Below, piece by piece: positions 42,452 to 45,308 of a stretch of DNA of 45,308 bases; positions within the stretch are counted from its first letter, which is position 1, and every line of letters begins with the position of its first letter. Origin of the DNA: a virus (lineage: Duplodnaviria; Caudoviricetes); the IMG/VR virus record IMGVR_UViG_3300027533_000010, positions 1-45,308 of that record, one strand, 5' to 3'. The translations under genes and the position numbers were made by a program. The notes beneath the pieces are model-generated. The model was not told the origin of the DNA. It worked only from the letters and a program-made list of their open reading frames with translations, and did no database searches.

Positions 42452-43338
42452 TTGATTCTCAATTCCCTGTACGACTTTGCTGGTGAAACAAACTCTTTCT
42501 TACTGATCCGCTTGTAGGTAGCCACGACCTCTCCGTCCCGTGTGAGGGTGTCGTACTCTCCCATAAAAAACTTCAGGGCCTCCTTCAGCTTTTTCTCTTC
42601 AGACTCAGCCTGAGACTTAATAACCTGCTGGGCCTTCAACTCTCTCACCTGAGAGAGAATGTCTGTCGTCACCTCGATTGGAGCGACGACCGTCTCCATC
42701 GCCTCAATATCCATAAGCTGTGGAGCGGGTGGGATTTCGACCTGAGCGTGCTCAGTCCAGAACTGAAAACCAACCTTCCTGGCGTTCTCAATGAACTCTT
42801 CATTCCTGAAGAACGGGCCAAACTCTTCGTAGTACCGACCGTCCACGAGCAGAGCCAGCATCTCCCACTCCAGCCCAGTAACGAAAAGCTCCCACTGAAT
42901 CTGAGCGTAATAGGATGGGGGGATTGACTCCCCCCAGTTTTTCCTTGAATACTGCGAGGCTGTCTTGATGGATAGTATCCCTTGACCCTTCCCGACCGGA
43001 AGGTCAACAGAATCCTTTGTGGGCCGAACCATGCGGTCAATGTTGCAGAGAAAAAAGTCTGTCTCTGGGTGAAACCGGATCTTGAAGTCCTCCAAGACCT
43101 TGCACTTATGTACCTCAGAGAACTTCTTTGCGACGACCCCCTCCAACCTCAGACCGAACTCGGTCGCTGGATTTTCAGAGTCATCGTGCAGACCCATTGT
43201 CTTTTCATTGAAAAGCTGGAGCGGGGTCTTGTACTTGTTGACATCAAGAAGAACTCCAATGTCTGATCCTCCAATCCCAGACCTGCGATTGGTGAGCCAG
43301 TCGGTTCGGCTCATCCCCTTTGTCGAGATACTTTTCAT
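42448..43338 (-). CDS. YqaJ-like (lambda-exonuclease family) 5'-3' exonuclease
   Basis: WLTNRRSGIGGSD, YKTPLQL, GLRLE, NID, SIKT (E-to-S variant of EIKT) and YYAQIQW. Confidence 0.92.
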   Translation of the reverse strand: MKSISTKGMSRTDWLTNRRSGIGGSDIGVLLDVNKYKTPLQLFNEKTMGLHDDSENPATEFGLRLEGVVAKKFSEVHKCKVLEDFKIRFHPETDFFLCNIDRMVRPTKDSVDLPVGKGQGILSIKTASQYSRKNWGESIPPSYYAQIQWELFVTGLEWEMLALLVDGRYYEEFGPFFRNEEFIENARKVGFQFWTEHAQVEIPPAPQLMDIEAMETVVAPIEVTTDILSQVRELKAQQVIKSQAESEEKKLKEALKFFMGEYDTLTRDGEVVATYKRISKKEFVSPAKSYRELRIK

Positions 43339-43356
43339 GATCTTTCCTCCGTTTGT

Positions 43357-43401
43357 TGGGGGCCTGCTGGGGAGTCGAACCCCAGTGAACCACTCAGGCC
43401 C
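43357..43401 (-). ncRNA. tRNA-like mini-element (acceptor stem + T arm + CCA, no anticodon arm)
   Basis: GGGCCTG-AGTGGTTCA-CTGGGG-TTCGACT-CCCCAG-CAGGCCC-CCA. Confidence 0.65.
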
Positions 43402-43407
43402 AGCGAA

Positions 43408-43596
43408 TCAGTTGACGAACGTGTCGGCAAACGCCCAGAGCTTCATATTGGAAGCAATGCTCCTCTGGAGAGAACCGATCTTGCGGGTCTTGCGAAGATC
43501 ACGGGAGAGGTAGGGCTGGCCCTCAGAGTGATCGGCAAAGACAGACGGTGCGAGCGAGCGCACTGCATCGAGTGAGTAGATCTGTGGCTGGTTCAT
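43408..43596 (-). CDS. 62-aa mini-protein joining N- and C-terminal segments of a DUF932/DUF945-like protein
   Basis: SLDAVRSLAPSVFA (family N-terminal motif) joined to RKTRKIGSLQRSIASNMKLWAFA (family C-terminal motif); ACGGAGG RBS. Confidence 0.65.
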   Translation of the reverse strand: MNQPQIYSLDAVRSLAPSVFADHSEGQPYLSRDLRKTRKIGSLQRSIASNMKLWAFADTFVN

Positions 43597-43650
43597 TGAG
43601 TCCTCCGTTTGGTTAGTTGAATAATTAAGATCGTTCATCATTACACCCCC

Positions 43651-43699
43651 AAGATACGAAATGGTCAAGGGTTTGTCAAGACCGTTTGACCATTTCGTA
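43651..43699 (-). promoter_or_regulatory. Promoter TTGACA-17-TATCTT embedded in a perfect 14-bp inverted repeat (operator)
   Basis: -35 at 43674-43679, -10 at 43651-43656; arms TACGAAATGGTCAA (43655-43668) and TTGACCATTTCGTA (43686-43699). Confidence 0.85.
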
Positions 43700-43719
43700 A
43701 AAATTATTTTGACCACTAC

Positions 43720-44124
43720 CTAAAAGGGCAGACCCTCATCGGGATCGCTCGCAGGCTGTGAGGTCGTTCCGGCAACAGGGTCTCCGTTCCTTCGGCCACC
43801 CAAGAGAGTAACCTGAGAAGCCACAACGAACACAGACCTCCTTTTCTGACCAGTCTCCCGATCTTCCCACTCGTTCGTCCGCAGGCGGCCCTGAATGAGC
43901 AGCGGATCTCCCTTCTTCACATACTTCTCAACGATGTCCGCCGACCCCTTCCAGAGTTGAATCTTGATGTACTCCGTCCATTCCTGACTATCGCCATTGC
44001 TGTCCTTGAACTTTTCATTCATTGCAATGGTGATATTGCAGACCTTAATCCCAGAGTTTGTGAAATTTACCTCTGGGTCTCCGGTAACATTCCCGCCCAC
44101 GAAAACAGAATTAACCCCTCTCAT
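43720..44124 (-). CDS. ssb: Single-stranded DNA-binding protein
   Basis: VNSVFVGGNVTGDPE...KKGDPLLIQGRLRTNEWED; acidic tail ending DEGLPF. Confidence 0.95.
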   Translation of the reverse strand: MRGVNSVFVGGNVTGDPEVNFTNSGIKVCNITIAMNEKFKDSNGDSQEWTEYIKIQLWKGSADIVEKYVKKGDPLLIQGRLRTNEWEDRETGQKRRSVFVVASQVTLLGGRRNGDPVAGTTSQPASDPDEGLPF

Positions 44125-44678
44125 TGTGCGTCCTCTCCATGTATGATTGATGTTCGACCAGGATATAGATACTCGATTGCTCTCACCACCTCCATCTTGA
44201 ACTCACTCTCAGACCTGTCGTTACGAACAATAAGGTCGTGCCTTAGAGAGTCCGTCTGCATCTCACTCGGATGGGTAAGATCTCTTCCGAGAGCGATAGT
44301 ATCAAGCTGTTCGTCAGTGAAAGTGTGGTAGCCCCTATCAATCCTGATAATCTTGAACCCCATAAGCTCTCTCAGAATGTACTCCTCGTTCGGGAATCTT
44401 AGGTCATCGCAGAACAGGTGCTCTGTTGAAGAGAGCCACTTCACTCGAAATTTATCCACCCAGAAATCCTCGTGAATGTTCCGGCCCCACTCTGTTCCGA
44501 GAAGCTGAAGCAGTCGTCCGTCCTTCTCCCAGTTCATCCCCAGGATAGCGTACACGGCGATGGCTGCATTATAGAGTGGCTCTGCGATCTTCACAACCTT
44601 ACCATCGTAGAGCTTGGCGGCCTCGGTAGCCGCAGTGGTTTTCCCAGACCCCATCCTTCCAACGAATGCTATTCTCAT
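44121..44678 (-). CDS. Deoxynucleoside monophosphate kinase
   Basis: P-loop GRMGSGKT, LLQLLGTEWGR, FWV, DDLRFPNE and HPSE. Confidence 0.9.
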   Translation of the reverse strand: MRIAFVGRMGSGKTTAATEAAKLYDGKVVKIAEPLYNAAIAVYAILGMNWEKDGRLLQLLGTEWGRNIHEDFWVDKFRVKWLSSTEHLFCDDLRFPNEEYILRELMGFKIIRIDRGYHTFTDEQLDTIALGRDLTHPSEMQTDSLRHDLIVRNDRSESEFKMEVVRAIEYLYPGRTSIIHGEDAQ

Positions 44679-45283
44679 TCGAGTCCAAGCTCCTTTGCTC
44701 GCTTCAGAAATGTTTGCTCAACAATGAACGGGTGACAGAATCTTTTCATTGTAATCTCGACCAGGGACACCACCGTTGAGCTAACCTCGTAGCGTTCATC
44801 CTCAAACCGAGAGACCGGAAGGCCCCAGTCATGCTCCCGACTCATGAATGCCGAGTGCTCCCACTTCAGCAGAATGATGTCCAGATCCTCCATGATGGCC
44901 TCGTCGAAGAATGGAACCCCAAACCTCTCAAAGATTGCAATAAGGTTTGAGTGCTCGACCACCTCTTTAATGTTACTAAGTCTCTTTGATGGCCTGGGAA
45001 CATCACCGATAATCATCTCGGCTGCATCGTGCAGCAGAGCCTGGACAGGAAGCTCTCTCGGTAGGGAAGAGTCCTGAGCGATAGCATCCGAGGCATAGTG
45101 GCTCATAATGAGTGAGTGCGCCCCGACAGAATAAAGATGGGAACAGGCCCCAGCATACCGACAGATCAAAGAGAGGTGGTGCGCTACATCCTCGATCTCG
45201 ATCACCTCTGGATTAGGGGTGGCTGGGTAGTACTTCGATCCAGAGAACAGCTGCTGCCAGTTGCCGTTCGATTTTGTTATCAT
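44675..45283 (-). CDS. HD-domain phosphohydrolase (YfbR/YfdR-like 5'-deoxynucleotidase)
   Basis: IEDVAHHLSLICRYAG...YSVGAHS...ALLHDAAEMIIGDVPRP. Confidence 0.88.
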   Translation of the reverse strand: MITKSNGNWQQLFSGSKYYPATPNPEVIEIEDVAHHLSLICRYAGACSHLYSVGAHSLIMSHYASDAIAQDSSLPRELPVQALLHDAAEMIIGDVPRPSKRLSNIKEVVEHSNLIAIFERFGVPFFDEAIMEDLDIILLKWEHSAFMSREHDWGLPVSRFEDERYEVSSTVVSLVEITMKRFCHPFIVEQTFLKRAKELGLE

Positions 45284-45308
45284 TTCTTCTTCATCCTATA
45301 GTATGGAA
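45182..45308. repeat. Terminal direct repeat, copy 2
   Basis: Identical to 1-127. Confidence 0.97.

Noticed and set aside
20625-43401. tRNA or tRNA-like element as an attP site of a temperate phage
   Set aside because: No tyrosine or serine integrase was recognised, and the mini-element retains a complementary 5' acceptor strand that attP cores do not need. It remains an alternative only if a host match is found.
44290-44330. FTDEQLD in the dNMP kinase as another copy of the scaffold motif
   Set aside because: A short, common helix N-cap pattern inside an enzyme; likely chance.
28071-45283. 2-aminoadenine (Z-genome) pathway suggested by HD hydrolase plus MazG-like genes
   Set aside because: No PurZ/adenylosuccinate-synthetase homologue or phage DNA polymerase is visible, and the MazG-like genes are not linked to the HD gene.
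99-45283. Alternative genetic code or stop-codon reassignment
   Set aside because: Long genes are intact under code 11, and TAA, TGA and TAG all serve as stops at coupled gene boundaries.
311-45301. Plus-strand ORFs in the six-frame track (e.g. 14068..14841, 34282..34986, 41241..42068)
   Set aside because: They are antisense shadows of well-supported minus-strand genes, with no recognisable motifs.

Overview
The window is a complete, circularly assembled tailed-phage genome of about 45,181 bp. Bases 1-127 are identical to 45182-45308, and the gene chain continues across this join. All credible genes are on the minus strand. In transcription order the modules are: (i) nucleotide/ssDNA genes spanning the join (metallophosphoesterase, wHTH, HD hydrolase, dNMP kinase, SSB); (ii) a lambdoid-type recombination/replication module (YqaJ exonuclease, Bet, NinB-like, NinG-like, replication initiator); (iii) terminase and P22-like portal, a membrane hydrolase and an M15 peptidase endolysin; (iv) about 6.5 kb of small accessory genes, including a three-unit cassette array with conserved junctions and an orphan Phd/YefM-like antitoxin; (v) scaffold, N4-gp56/DUF4043-like major capsid, a tRNA(CAU) island, a PL1 pectate-lyase-like gene, three adaptor-like paralogs, a nozzle protein, ejection proteins and a 2563-aa polyvalent protein; (vi) holin and a spanin-like gene. 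The layout is podovirus-like. I recognised no integrase, CI-type repressor, DNA polymerase or helicase. The most unusual items are a 45-nt CCA-ended tRNA-like mini-element behind an internally deleted DUF932 mini-gene, the cassette array, the multi-effector ejected protein, an initiator/elongator hybrid tRNA, and a two-class promoter set with a shared 14-bp operator. All family assignments come from motif recognition by eye; no database search was run.
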